Under the pieces are notes generated by a model, which made no database searches, was not told the origin of the DNA, and saw nothing but the letters and a program-made list of their open reading frames with translations. A DNA stretch of 64,000 bases from Bradymonadia bacterium (lineage in GTDB: Bacteria > Myxococcota_A > Bradymonadia > UBA7976 > UBA1532), in contig JBKAGE010000034.1 of NCBI GenBank assembly GCA_046290225.1, positions 160,001 to 224,000 on the forward strand, written 5' to 3'. Positions within the stretch are counted from its first letter, which is position 1. Each line of letters starts with the position of its first letter. A program made the translations under genes and the position numbers. Shown here piece after piece: positions 1 through 9,864 of the stretch.

Positions 1-809
1 TCATTGCAAGCACAGTTGCCCATGGGCGGAGCGGGATAGAAGCGCTTGTTCGGCGCCGCCTTCTCCATCTGGTGCAAAATGCCCGCCTCGGTGACCACGA
101 TGAACTCGTCGAGTGGAGACTCCACGGCATGCCGCAACAGAGACGTAGTGGAGCCGATGTGATCGGCGTGCTGAAGAATCTGCGGCTCGCACTCCGGGTG
201 GGCGATGATCTGGGCTTCAGGGTGCCTGATCTTGAGCTGCACCAGCTTGCGCTCGCTGAAGACTTCGTGCACCTGACACGCGCCCTCCCACAGCAACATC
301 TTCCGGCCCGTCTCTCGCTGCACATAGGCGCCGAGGTTGCGATCGGGTGCGAAGATGAGGGGCTGGTCTTCGGGAAACAGGTTCACGATGTCCACGGCAT
401 TGCTCGACGTGCAGATGACATCGGAGAGCGCCTTCACCGCTGCAGAGCAGTTGATGTAGCTCACGACCTTGTGATCGGGGTGGGCGTCGACGAAGGCTTT
501 GAATCTGTCCGCGGGGCAGTTGTCGGCGAGAGAGCAGCCCGCCTCGAGATCGGGCAACACCACGACCTTGTCGGGGTTCACGATCTTCGCCGTCTCTGCC
601 ATGAAGTGGACCCCGGCAAAGACGATGACGTCAGCGTCGGTGTCGGCGGCCTTTTGACTCAGGCCGAGAGAGTCACCGACATAGTCGGCGACGTCTTGGA
701 TGTCACCCTCCTGGTAGTAGTGGGCGAGCACCACCGCCTTGCGCTCTTTCTTGAGCTGCTCGATGGCGTCGAAGAGATCGATCCCAGGGTCGATGGATGG
801 TGCGTTCAT
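1..809 (-). CDS. nadA: Quinolinate synthase NadA, 3' end runs off the window
   Basis: Not in the ORF track because it is open-ended. Manual translation from ATG at 809 (GGGAGG RBS): [52 protein letters not shown]...[17 protein letters not shown]...EAGCSLAD...GNCACN, all classic NadA motifs. Confidence 0.96.
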   Translation of the reverse strand, partial: MNAPSIDPGIDLFDAIEQLKKERKAVVLAHYYQEGDIQDVADYVGDSLGLSQKAADTDADVIVFAGVHFMAETAKIVNPDKVVVLPDLEAGCSLADNCPADRFKAFVDAHPDHKVVSYINCSAAVKALSDVICTSSNAVDIVNLFPEDQPLIFAPDRNLGAYVQRETGRKMLLWEGACQVHEVFSERKLVQLKIRHPEAQIIAHPECEPQILQHADHIGSTTSLLRHAVESPLDEFIVVTEAGILHQMEKAAPNKRFYPAPPMGNCACN

Positions 810-852
810 GGCGCCTCCCGTAGTCCGTGATGATTCCCAGATGCCTCTGAGA

Positions 853-867
853 GTGTCCAAGTCACAC
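853..867. promoter_or_regulatory. Candidate NrtR-type operator upstream of nadA (GTGT-N7-ACAC)
   Basis: Palindrome GTGTccaagtcACAC about 45-60 bp upstream of the nadA ATG. It matches the GT-N7-AC core of NrtR boxes, but is short and could be chance. Confidence 0.35.
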
Positions 868-1004
868 GACGGCGGGGATCGGGTCCCAAATTCACTGCCG
901 GCGGTGATCGGTGGCGGGCAGTCTAACTGCAACGTGAGTGAATACGAGGGGTTTTATCTGCAACACACCATCTCGAAAATCGAAGTGCACTGCATCAGAA
1001 GGCA

Positions 1005-1796
1005 TCAGAAGGCGTAGAGGTCAGCCGCCGCAGCATCTGATCTCTCAAGCACGCACTCCACTGGCTCACCCCTCAAAGCCGCGATGGCCGAGGCGATGGC
1101 GATCAGACACGCAGGCTCGTTGGGCCTTGGACCCTCTGGCAGTGATTGATCCGGGGCGTCGGTCTCGACCAGCAGACGATCTCCGGGGATCTCCCTCGCC
1201 ACGCGGTGCAGCTTCCGTGCGTTTGACCGCACGACACCCCCTGTCAGTCCGATGTGCAGGCCCAAGGCGATCCAGGCCTTTGCCTGCTCGACACTGCCGC
1301 TGAAGCTGTGCACCACCCCTCGAATGTGCTTGCTCTGCGCCGTGCAGAGCGCCAGAGCCGGCCCGTGTACCCCCTTGCCGACGAGATGCAGCACCACGGG
1401 CAGGTCACGGGCGACAGCCCAGCTGAGCTGTGCCTCGAAGGCGATCTGTTGTTGCGTCAGGGTGTCCGGAGGGGCGAAGCGTGAGTCGAGCCCTGTCTCG
1501 CCGACGGCGACAGCTGCGCCTGGCCCTTCGAACGCGTACGGCAAGTCCGCCATACATCGCGCCAGCGCCTCAGGGCCTCCATGTGCCGCCTCCACCGGAT
1601 GTAGACCCGCGGACCAGCGCACAGTGGGCATCCGCTCGGCGAGGGCACGCTGATCCGCCCAGCTCTCGGGGCGCACCCCGGCGATCACGAAACGCTTCAC
1701 GCCGGCCTCGGCGGCTCGGCTCAACATGCCCGCCCGGGACTCGTCCAGGCGGCCGAAGTCGAGATGGCAGTGGGTATCGATGTGGTTCGCGGGCAT
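1005..1796 (-). CDS. tatD: TatD-family metal-dependent hydrolase/DNase
   Basis: IDTHCHLD, GLHP, AVGETGLD, HSFSG and LLVETDAP motifs. Confidence 0.93.
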   Translation of the reverse strand: MPANHIDTHCHLDFGRLDESRAGMLSRAAEAGVKRFVIAGVRPESWADQRALAERMPTVRWSAGLHPVEAAHGGPEALARCMADLPYAFEGPGAAVAVGETGLDSRFAPPDTLTQQQIAFEAQLSWAVARDLPVVLHLVGKGVHGPALALCTAQSKHIRGVVHSFSGSVEQAKAWIALGLHIGLTGGVVRSNARKLHRVAREIPGDRLLVETDAPDQSLPEGPRPNEPACLIAIASAIAALRGEPVECVLERSDAAAADLYAF

Positions 1797-1942
1797 GACA
1801 ACCTGTCTGTGTAAGCCCCTGACAAAACGGTGGACCTTTAAGTCAGCGCCGTGGCGCCATCGTGGGATCTTGAGCTATGACCGTGGCGATGTCGAAGCAT
1901 AGACTGCCTCGATGGACGGTCCAGGCGAAACAGGGGTTTCTC

Positions 1943-2878
1943 ATGTGGCGACGTAAACCGACGCGCGTGTCGGTCCAAGGCCCGATCACACCACCACTGG
2001 CGTGGCTCATCGGGTGGGCACTGCTGCTCGGCGGGTGCGTCGCCGAATCACTGCCGAGCCCGACGATCACACAGGTCAACCCCTCCCCTGCAGATCCTGG
2101 TGGGGTGCTGCTGGTCGAAGGTCGGGGCTTCGGTGCATCGAGTGGTGTCGCCGCTGTGGGCGGTCGTGGGGTCACTGTTCAACGGTGGAGCGACGCTCGC
2201 GTCCAGCTGTCTTTGCCTCAGGATCTGCCTTCAGGCGCGGCGCTGGTGGTGCTCAAGACCGCTGAGGGGCGCCCGACCGAAGGCTTCCCGGTGATCATCG
2301 GTGGCGATCAAGGCCGCACCAGCGGTCGCCGGGCCTTTGATCCACCTCCAGTGGCCGATGATGGCGGCGTGATGCCTTCGCCCGACGCAAGTGTAGATGG
2401 TGGTATTCTCCCTGGAGATGCTCAGCCTCTGCCTGATGCGATGCGCCCCGACGCCAACCTCGGCCTGAGGGCCAGCTTCACCCCAGATCCCGGCGGAGCC
2501 GATGTGCGTGTGTACATGGAAGAAGCAGCGACTCAGAGCCCGGGCACACTGACCCTGGACGTCATCACGCCAGAGCGTGCAGCAGTCTGGGGCGTGGCCT
2601 TTCACATCGCCTTCGACAACTCTCAGGTTCGACTGCGGGAGTTCTCCCCCAGCAACGGCAACAACATCGTCGCCGGAGCCCTCGGCGAAGACCGCGTCGC
2701 CTTCGGACGCCTCGTGCGCAGCCCGCAGGTGTTCACCCTCACCTTCGATCTGGTGCAGCCCGGCCAGTCGAGGATCAGCTTCCCCACGCACAACCGCACC
2801 CTGCGCACAGCCGACAACCAGCCGATCCCCGATGTGCAGTGGCTCGGAGGCGTAATCACCGTGGAGGAGGCCCCGTGA
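1943..2878 (+). CDS. Lipoprotein with N-terminal IPT/TIG domain, Pro/Asp linker and C-terminal cohesin-like domain
   Basis: Lipobox LGGC; PTITQVNP...VEGRGFG...WSDARV (IPT); C-terminal VWGVAFHIAFDNSQVRL...FTLTFDLVQPGQSRISF...GGVITVE (cohesin-like beta-sandwich). Start uncertain (1877 or 1943). Confidence 0.7.
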   Translation: MWRRKPTRVSVQGPITPPLAWLIGWALLLGGCVAESLPSPTITQVNPSPADPGGVLLVEGRGFGASSGVAAVGGRGVTVQRWSDARVQLSLPQDLPSGAALVVLKTAEGRPTEGFPVIIGGDQGRTSGRRAFDPPPVADDGGVMPSPDASVDGGILPGDAQPLPDAMRPDANLGLRASFTPDPGGADVRVYMEEAATQSPGTLTLDVITPERAAVWGVAFHIAFDNSQVRLREFSPSNGNNIVAGALGEDRVAFGRLVRSPQVFTLTFDLVQPGQSRISFPTHNRTLRTADNQPIPDVQWLGGVITVEEAP

Positions 2879-4743
2879 TGCACTTGCGTTCACTGATCGT
2901 GCTCGGCCTCGGTGCGGTGCTGACCTCCCCCGGCCCTGTGGTCGCCCAGGGTGCACCTCAGGACACGCCGCTACAGCGGCGAGAGGCCATGCGGCGGGAC
3001 TACTTGCGTCACGGCCCCCCTGATCACTGGCGCCCTCGCGGGCGAGGCAAGCCGGATCCTGTGGGCGTGTACGATCTCATCCAGCTCAACGCCGAGCTCG
3101 ATGTGCCCCAGGGGCTGATGCCTCCCGTGGCCCAGTTCCAGGTCATCCTCGAGGCCGTCGAGCCCCTCGCTCAACTCGACATGTTGGCGCTGGCGTACAT
3201 CCCGCTGCAGGTGACGGTGAACGATCAGCCTGTAGAGTTCGGGTTCTTCCCTGACGCTGCGCTGCTTCAAATGCCCCTCGACGCCGAAGCCCTGCCAGGC
3301 GACCGGCTCGTGGTGGACATCCTGGCTCAGCTCACCCCTCAATGTGGCGACAGCATCTCCTGCAACCTCGACGGCCCATACCGTCACCTGCTCGAGTACG
3401 GCTGGTTCCCTACATCGTACGATCCACCCTACGGCGATCGCATGATCGTGGATCTGACCTTCAATACAGCAGGTGGAGAGGCACCGAACGCCAACGGCGC
3501 CCGAGTGGAGTGGGTGGTCAGGGACGACGGTACGGCGATCCACCGCTACCAGAGTGAGCTGCCTACGGTGCAGCCGATCTTCTCCGTGGGCGACACGGCC
3601 TTCAGGACACGCGCTCTCGGCGAGGTCACGCTCGATCTGTTCGTGCCTGATGGCGCAGCGGCATCGGGTGCCCCCATGGGCGAGGTGGCCGCGGACGTCA
3701 TCAACTTCTTCAGCAGCCAGCTGGGCCCCTACCCGTTCTCCAGACTGGGCATCTCCGTCATCGTGGACGATGCTGGAGTCGCTGTGGGGCCCCAGGCCAT
3801 GGCCCTCATGCCCGAGACGATCTGGGCGATCCCTCAAGGGAGCGAGCTGTTCGAAGTGACCCAGACAGTGCTCGCCCACGAGATCGCCCACCAGTACTTC
3901 TTCAACTCGGTGGTGAACACTGAAGCGGGTGACGCGTGGCTCTCCGAAGGGTGGGCGGAGTACTCCGCGGTGCTGTACTCCAACTTCACGTTCGGCACCG
4001 AGGATCACTTCCGGCGGAACTATTGGGGCTATCAGCACACCGTCCGCGATGGGGGCGATGAGGCGCTGTACAGCGTGTCCTTGCCAGAGAACCCCTTCTA
4101 CTTCGAGATCGCCTACTACAAAGGCAGCGCCACCCTCTTCATGTTGCGCAAGGCCATGGGACCCGAGGCCTTCGACGGCGCCATGCGGGCCTACATCGAG
4201 GCTTTCACCGACGAGGTGGTAAACACCCCGGAGATGCTCGAATTCTGGTCGAGGTTCATCGAAGATCCCCTGGTCTTCGAACGGTTCTCTCAGTGGGCGC
4301 TCAACCCCGGGTTCCCTCGCATCGAGGCTCAGGTGACCCCCGCCCGCAGCGACGAGGATGGCATGCTCCTGCGCATCGTACAGCGAGGGCCCGTCTTCGT
4401 CGGCGATCTGCCAGTTCGACTGGTTCGGGCGGATGGCAGCACTCAGACCGTACTCCTCGAGGTTGAGGGGCCGGAGACGGAGGCCAATTTCGTCTCTCGT
4501 GATCTACAAGGGGTGCAGCTCGATCCCGAGTTGACCCTCTTTCGACAGATCGCCCCCACTCTGCCCGGTGATGGCAACCTCGACGGCATCACCGACGGGA
4601 TGGACTTCCTCGACTGCGTCGCCGCTCAAGGGCGGGCTACGCCTGATCCGCGGTGGCGGGACGAGCTGGACTACAACGGCGATTTGGCGATCGACGGCGC
4701 GGATCTCCAAGTGATCATCAATCGCTTCGGCGACGGTTGGTGA
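2878..4743 (+). CDS. Secreted M1-family (gluzincin) aminopeptidase with C-terminal dockerin domain
   Basis: Signal peptide; GPYPFSRL; HEIAHQYF...WLSEGWAEY; YYKG; tail GDGNLDGITDGMDF...DYNGDLAIDGADLQVIINRFG (two Ca-binding dockerin loops). TGATG overlap with the upstream gene. Confidence 0.88.
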   Translation: MHLRSLIVLGLGAVLTSPGPVVAQGAPQDTPLQRREAMRRDYLRHGPPDHWRPRGRGKPDPVGVYDLIQLNAELDVPQGLMPPVAQFQVILEAVEPLAQLDMLALAYIPLQVTVNDQPVEFGFFPDAALLQMPLDAEALPGDRLVVDILAQLTPQCGDSISCNLDGPYRHLLEYGWFPTSYDPPYGDRMIVDLTFNTAGGEAPNANGARVEWVVRDDGTAIHRYQSELPTVQPIFSVGDTAFRTRALGEVTLDLFVPDGAAASGAPMGEVAADVINFFSSQLGPYPFSRLGISVIVDDAGVAVGPQAMALMPETIWAIPQGSELFEVTQTVLAHEIAHQYFFNSVVNTEAGDAWLSEGWAEYSAVLYSNFTFGTEDHFRRNYWGYQHTVRDGGDEALYSVSLPENPFYFEIAYYKGSATLFMLRKAMGPEAFDGAMRAYIEAFTDEVVNTPEMLEFWSRFIEDPLVFERFSQWALNPGFPRIEAQVTPARSDEDGMLLRIVQRGPVFVGDLPVRLVRADGSTQTVLLEVEGPETEANFVSRDLQGVQLDPELTLFRQIAPTLPGDGNLDGITDGMDFLDCVAAQGRATPDPRWRDELDYNGDLAIDGADLQVIINRFGDGW

Positions 4744-4773
4744 TCGACACCCGATGACGATCGAGCTCGGGCC

Positions 4774-6552
4774 TCACTGCGAGATGCCCGAGGCCCACTC
4801 CCCATCTGCCCGCGTCACCGCTTCCACGGTATAGCGCCCCAGCGACAAATCAGCGGGCAGCTGGCCCTGCAACTGGAACCGGCCCTCGGGATCAGGCGTG
4901 AGCGGCGGCCCCACGGGGAGAGGCGGCCCCGACTCGGGCTTCAGATAGATCTGCACAGGCACCTTTGGCCCGGGCATCCCCGCGACATCGGTGATTCGGC
5001 CCTTGAAGGTGAAGGGCAGCGGCTCACCCCGATAGACCACGCCGTCGTGATCAGCATCGACGGTCAATGTCACCCGTACTGGTTGCCCGGGCCCGTCAGC
5101 GGCCACCCTGCTCGGGTAGGGCACCACGGGCGCGGAGGGTGCCGCGGGGGTCGTACCGCCAGGCTCGACGTCTCCAGGCGTCCCTGTCCCTGGACCCGAC
5201 GGCTCGCTGAGGCCCCCTGCGCCGCTCTGGGGCCCTGAGGCACCGGGATCTCCACTGGTGCCTGTCTGCCCAGGCGAAGGCGGCCCTGCGGCCCCTGGCT
5301 TGAGCGGGGGTGGCGTGCCGGCGAGGGTGGCCCCACCTGCTGGCGGCTGATCGGGTTGCCCACTCTGTGGCACATCGCCGGAGGCCATTCGGTTGCTGTA
5401 GCTCTTGAGGTAGCTCTCGGGCTTGGAGAACGGGTCTGCCGGGGGCTGGTGCAGGCGCCGCCCCTCACCCTGTTCCAGGTTGAGCTCCGGGGCGACGCCG
5501 CCCAGATCCACCCGGCGCCAGAAGCCGTCTGGCGTGAGCACCTCGGCGAAGGCGTGGGCCTCGTTGGCCACAAAGCGGGTCGGCACCCCGGCGGCCCGGG
5601 CGGTGATCGTGAAGGCAAAGGTCCGGTGCCGGCACACGCCCACGCCGCCGAGGGCAAGATCGGTATAGATGTCCCCGGAGTTCGGCAGAGTGTCGCTAGC
5701 CTTGAAGGCGCGAAAGTGGCGCACGAGCTTGTCGAGTTCTCGAGAGAATGAGCCCTCGGGTCTCACATTGAGGGTGGACAAAACAGCTCGACCTCGGGCC
5801 CGAATCTCTGGGGGCAGAGCGGTCATCGGGTGCCCGTCCGAGACGTCGAGGGGCACATTCCCCGGCAGGCCTCCAGAGAAGTAGATCGAGCCGGCATCGA
5901 CGAGCATGCGCAGCCGTACGGTGCCCCGTGCATTTGTGGTGATGTAGTAATTCGCCGCCTCGTCCACGAGGACCTTCACCTCTGGCCCTTCGATGGCGAG
6001 GATGCGCATGTCCGGTGACACCGACGGGATCGGGTGCGGGCTGCGATCCGCGACCTGCACGGTGATGTCACCCCAGAACATCTCCCTGCCCGCGGTGGCC
6101 TGGCGCGGCCCCTTCGGCGCAGGTGAGAGGCGGGTCTTGGAGATGATCATCTCGTAGTCACGGCGAACCACGTCGAAGACCGAGTCTCTCCGGAAGGGTG
6201 CCACAGAGGGGTTGAACATGGCGTGATAGGTCAGTGGCTCGTCGACAGTCGTCTTGCGATCGGGTCGGATCGACCCTTTGCGGGTGACATCGTCGGGGCC
6301 TTCACCGAAGGCGGGCCCAGGAGGACTCTCGGGATCAGGCGCCTGAAGGTCGACGCCCTCTCGTCTGACGGCCTCGGGCAGCGCGCCGCCTCCGTCGATG
6401 AGCCCGTCCCCCCGCGAGGCGATGGGATGCGCGGAGAAAAAATCCTCGGGTACAAACTCGTGGCGTAGCCGCTGCTGACCATGGGCCGTGGCGCCAATCG
6501 TCAACACCGCCGCCCCGATGAGGGGGCCGATTGCTCGGTGTCGGTGGGCCAT
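4774..6552 (-). CDS. Secreted transglutaminase-like (Cys-His-Asp) protein with Pro/Gly linker and C-terminal Ig-like domain
   Basis: GVCRHR, HAFAEV and WRRVD triad; signal peptide after the ATG at 6552, which has a GGAGGAG RBS. Confidence 0.82.
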   Translation of the reverse strand: MAHRHRAIGPLIGAAVLTIGATAHGQQRLRHEFVPEDFFSAHPIASRGDGLIDGGGALPEAVRREGVDLQAPDPESPPGPAFGEGPDDVTRKGSIRPDRKTTVDEPLTYHAMFNPSVAPFRRDSVFDVVRRDYEMIISKTRLSPAPKGPRQATAGREMFWGDITVQVADRSPHPIPSVSPDMRILAIEGPEVKVLVDEAANYYITTNARGTVRLRMLVDAGSIYFSGGLPGNVPLDVSDGHPMTALPPEIRARGRAVLSTLNVRPEGSFSRELDKLVRHFRAFKASDTLPNSGDIYTDLALGGVGVCRHRTFAFTITARAAGVPTRFVANEAHAFAEVLTPDGFWRRVDLGGVAPELNLEQGEGRRLHQPPADPFSKPESYLKSYSNRMASGDVPQSGQPDQPPAGGATLAGTPPPLKPGAAGPPSPGQTGTSGDPGASGPQSGAGGLSEPSGPGTGTPGDVEPGGTTPAAPSAPVVPYPSRVAADGPGQPVRVTLTVDADHDGVVYRGEPLPFTFKGRITDVAGMPGPKVPVQIYLKPESGPPLPVGPPLTPDPEGRFQLQGQLPADLSLGRYTVEAVTRADGEWASGISQ

Positions 6553-6634
6553 TTCTCCTCCAGTCTCGCCAAGGATCTCGTTGCAAGATTGCCCCGGATC
6601 AACACGGGGCACTATGATTTTGTGCCTGCTGATC

Positions 6635-8761
6635 ATGCCAACTTCTCTGCACCATCTCCCACACCTGATTCGGCCAGCCCTCCGAGTCGCCCTCGTCTCC
6701 GCCTTGGCCTGGGGCTGTGACGCCAGCGAGCCTGCACGCGCTCAACTGGATGCGGGCGTCGATGCTGACATCCAGGTAGATGCCGACGCCGATGTCGATG
6801 GGGGTCTCCCACCCTCTCTCGTGTGCGATCTCGTGGCCTTCGAGGAGAGCGGTGTTCAGCTGATCCGCTGCGATGATGGCGCCCACCACAGCCTCAACGT
6901 CTTCGGTGCCGAGATCTGCAGAGGTCTCACGGCTCATGTGAGCCTGGGTGGAGAGACGCTGGCCCCGGAAGACTATCCGCAAGCGGTCTGGCTGCCCACG
7001 GCGCAGGGCGAGGTCGAGGGCCGCTTCTCGGGGCTGCCGGGGCGCCCGGTCCTCCTCTGGCGCCTGGGCCTCGTGGACGGCCAGCTGCGATCCCGTGTCA
7101 GCCTGCAATTCGACGAGGCCAGCGACACCCAACTCGTGCGCCTGGCCCCACTCTCCTTCTCTCCCTGGGGCGGGTGTCGGCCTGATCCCCGAACCGAGGC
7201 GCCGCGCTGGCGTGCATGGGGCCCGGACGGGGCGGCGCCGATGACATGGTCTTCCGCCCTGAGCCGAAATGACGGCCATTGTATGTGGGGCGCTGAGCAG
7301 GCGCTGTGCGTGCTCGCAGAGCCCCCAGCGTCGAGGGGGCTCGTCGATCGCCACGCCGTCGACGTGCACGCGGCCCCTGAGGATCGAGTGGCCTGGACGC
7401 TTGTCCCCCGCTTTCCGCCTCTGGAGATCTCTCAGCCGGCGCGCCTCGACTCGACACAGTGGTGGCTCGCCGTGGCGCCCTCCACCGCCGACATTGGCCA
7501 GTGGTGGTCCCGTCGGCTCTCGGCCCTCATCGATCCCTCGATCTCCCGGCCCGAAGCCCCGTGGGGCTGGACGAGCTCTGGTGCCTACGGCGCCCTGGTC
7601 AACGCGAGTGTGTTGCGCGCTCATCTCGAGTCTCTCTCTGAACTCGAGGGATTGACGCCGCCGGAGCTCATGATGCACGGCATTTGGTACCCCGCCCTCG
7701 GTGAGTGGCGTCCAGGGGCCGCCTTCGATGAGGTCTGGCCTGCCCTTGACGCCACCTTGGGTGTGCAGTGGCCCCTCCTCCAGGTTTCGGACGAAACACG
7801 CATCCTCGCGGAGCAGCCCCAGATCAGGCTGCTCTCCAGCGAGGGGGCGCCCATCGCCTGTGGGGACGATCCGAGCCGATGTGGCATCCTCGATCCACGG
7901 CAGCCCGCTGTACGGGACCTTCTCGTGCGCTCGATGATGGCGTGGCCCACCTCAGTGCGCACAGCAGACCTCACTGCCCTCGCCGCCGCGCTGGAGGCCG
8001 ATCCTCAAGGCATCGTTGCCCTTGTAGACGCGCTGCAGGCAGCCTCCGATATTCACCTCACGCTCCCGGCAGATGCAGGCTGGCCGGTGATGCGACGACC
8101 CCTGACACTTCGTGTGGCGGGTGGGGTGCAGTCCCCTCTCGGTGCAGATTGCGCTGAAGAAGATCGAGAGTACGCAGGCCCGAGGACCGACAGTTGCGAA
8201 CGCGCCCTCGTCGATCTGCAACCTGACGACGGTGGGGGGCCCTCGCCCGACTGGTCGAGCCGGCCCCGAGCCATCGCCCACGACCTGCAACGCCTCTGGC
8301 CTGCAGGCGCCGCAGGTCATGTGCTCGATCCCGGTCCACTCGTGCTCGGGGCCCCTCTGCCCGACAACATTGCCCGGCAATGGTCTGCCGTGGGCCTGAT
8401 CGCTGGTGGCCCCTGGCGCCTGGGCGATCAGCCAGAGGGCTTGTCGGCACGGCGTTGGCGCCTCTTCGCCGATCCGCTGCTCGAGGGTCTGACCGGTCAG
8501 GGCGCTGCCGCCGCGCTGGCGGACAAAGTCTCCTCTGTGGAAGATGCTCCACCAGGTGTCTGGCGGCGATCGGGCCAGCTCGTGGTGATCTTCAACTGGG
8601 GCGACTCCCGGCTCACGGTGGAGGGCGCTGATCGATGGGTGGACTGGAGCGGCCCCACCGCGCGTCTCTTCGATGAGAGCCAGTGGGAGGATCCAGCGGA
8701 AATCGGGCCGTTGATTCTACCACCCCAAGACGTTGTGGTACTTCGCCCTGTGGTGGAGTAG
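6635..8761 (+). CDS. Lipoprotein with a degenerate GH36/GH27 (alpha-galactosidase-like) barrel
   Basis: Lipobox AWGC; PWGWTS, LDPRQPAVRDLL, DPGPLVL, GGPWRLGD and VIFNWGD resemble GH36 motifs, but the DDGW motif is absent. Start uncertain (6614 or 6635). Confidence 0.5.
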   Translation: MPTSLHHLPHLIRPALRVALVSALAWGCDASEPARAQLDAGVDADIQVDADADVDGGLPPSLVCDLVAFEESGVQLIRCDDGAHHSLNVFGAEICRGLTAHVSLGGETLAPEDYPQAVWLPTAQGEVEGRFSGLPGRPVLLWRLGLVDGQLRSRVSLQFDEASDTQLVRLAPLSFSPWGGCRPDPRTEAPRWRAWGPDGAAPMTWSSALSRNDGHCMWGAEQALCVLAEPPASRGLVDRHAVDVHAAPEDRVAWTLVPRFPPLEISQPARLDSTQWWLAVAPSTADIGQWWSRRLSALIDPSISRPEAPWGWTSSGAYGALVNASVLRAHLESLSELEGLTPPELMMHGIWYPALGEWRPGAAFDEVWPALDATLGVQWPLLQVSDETRILAEQPQIRLLSSEGAPIACGDDPSRCGILDPRQPAVRDLLVRSMMAWPTSVRTADLTALAAALEADPQGIVALVDALQAASDIHLTLPADAGWPVMRRPLTLRVAGGVQSPLGADCAEEDREYAGPRTDSCERALVDLQPDDGGGPSPDWSSRPRAIAHDLQRLWPAGAAGHVLDPGPLVLGAPLPDNIARQWSAVGLIAGGPWRLGDQPEGLSARRWRLFADPLLEGLTGQGAAAALADKVSSVEDAPPGVWRRSGQLVVIFNWGDSRLTVEGADRWVDWSGPTARLFDESQWEDPAEIGPLILPPQDVVVLRPVVE

Positions 8762-8784
8762 AACGAAACCACCGAGGAGGCCCC

Positions 8785-9858
8785 ATGACGACCATCGCAC
8801 TCGACGCCATGGGCGGAGATCACGGCGTTGCGCCAGCGGTTAAAGCCGCCGCTCATTTGTCCATGCAGTCCGGCACAGGCGTGCTGCTCGTCGGTGACGA
8901 GGGGCAGATCAGCGCCGAGCTGCGCCGCCAGAAATATGATCCGGCGAGCCTGTCGATTCACCACACTTCGCAGTGGGTGACCATGGAAGACTCACCCAAG
9001 ACGGTCTTCGACAAGAAGCCCGACGCCTCGGTGCTCGTGGGCACCGCCCTGGTGGCAGCAGGAGAAGCCGACGCCCTCGTGAGCGCGGGCAACACGGGGG
9101 CAGGCATCATGGCCTGTGTCCGCAACTTCAATCAGCTCAAGGGTGTACCCCGTACGGCTCTGGCGACGGTGTACCCCACCGAGCAACGCCGTGGTGAGCT
9201 CTCCGATCCGTTCAGCTTGATCCTCGACGTGGGGGCCACACTCCACGCCAGCGCCGATGCATTGGTGGGCTTCGCTCACATGGGCTCGGCCTACGCGGCG
9301 TGCATCTCCCGCAACCCCAGGCCCCGTGTGGCCCTGCTCTCCAATGGCTCCGAGGCCCACAAGGGCCCCCCCGAGGTGGTGGAGGCCCACCGGCGCCTGA
9401 GCCAGAGCACCCATATCCACTTCATCGGCAACATCGAAGGTGTGGACGTCCCCCGCGGTGTCGCCGACGTGGTGGTGACCTCGGGCTTCACGGGCAATGT
9501 GGTGCTCAAGATGCTCGAGGGCATCAGCGAGACGGTGATGGACATCGCCCGCTATGCCTACCGCAACAAGCTCACGTGGAAGCTGGGCATGATGATGCTG
9601 CAGGGCGGCATCACCCAGCTCAAGCAGGCCACTGACTGGCGTCAGTACGGTGGGGCGCCGATCCTGGGCTTCGACAAGCTGTTCATCAAGGCCCACGGCC
9701 GCAGCAACTGGCGGGCCATCGCCAATGCCCTCAAGGTGGCTCGCAAGGCCGTCGAAGCAGATCTGTGCAGCACCATCGAAGCTCAGCTGGCAGATCAGCT
9801 CGCCAAAGCAACCCCTGATCCGCTCGACGTGTCTTCCCTCGAAGAGCCCCCTGCCTGA
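8785..9858 (+). CDS. plsX: Phosphate acyltransferase PlsX
   Basis: IALDAMGGD, SAGNTGA, LDVGA, GNIEG, GFTGNVVLK, YGGAPILG and KAHGRS; GAGGAGG RBS. Confidence 0.95.
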   Translation: MTTIALDAMGGDHGVAPAVKAAAHLSMQSGTGVLLVGDEGQISAELRRQKYDPASLSIHHTSQWVTMEDSPKTVFDKKPDASVLVGTALVAAGEADALVSAGNTGAGIMACVRNFNQLKGVPRTALATVYPTEQRRGELSDPFSLILDVGATLHASADALVGFAHMGSAYAACISRNPRPRVALLSNGSEAHKGPPEVVEAHRRLSQSTHIHFIGNIEGVDVPRGVADVVVTSGFTGNVVLKMLEGISETVMDIARYAYRNKLTWKLGMMMLQGGITQLKQATDWRQYGGAPILGFDKLFIKAHGRSNWRAIANALKVARKAVEADLCSTIEAQLADQLAKATPDPLDVSSLEEPPA

Positions 9859-9864
9859 GGCCCC

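Noticed and set aside
72..830. 252-aa plus-strand ORF
   Set aside because: It is the antisense shadow of nadA, which the track missed because it runs off the window edge.
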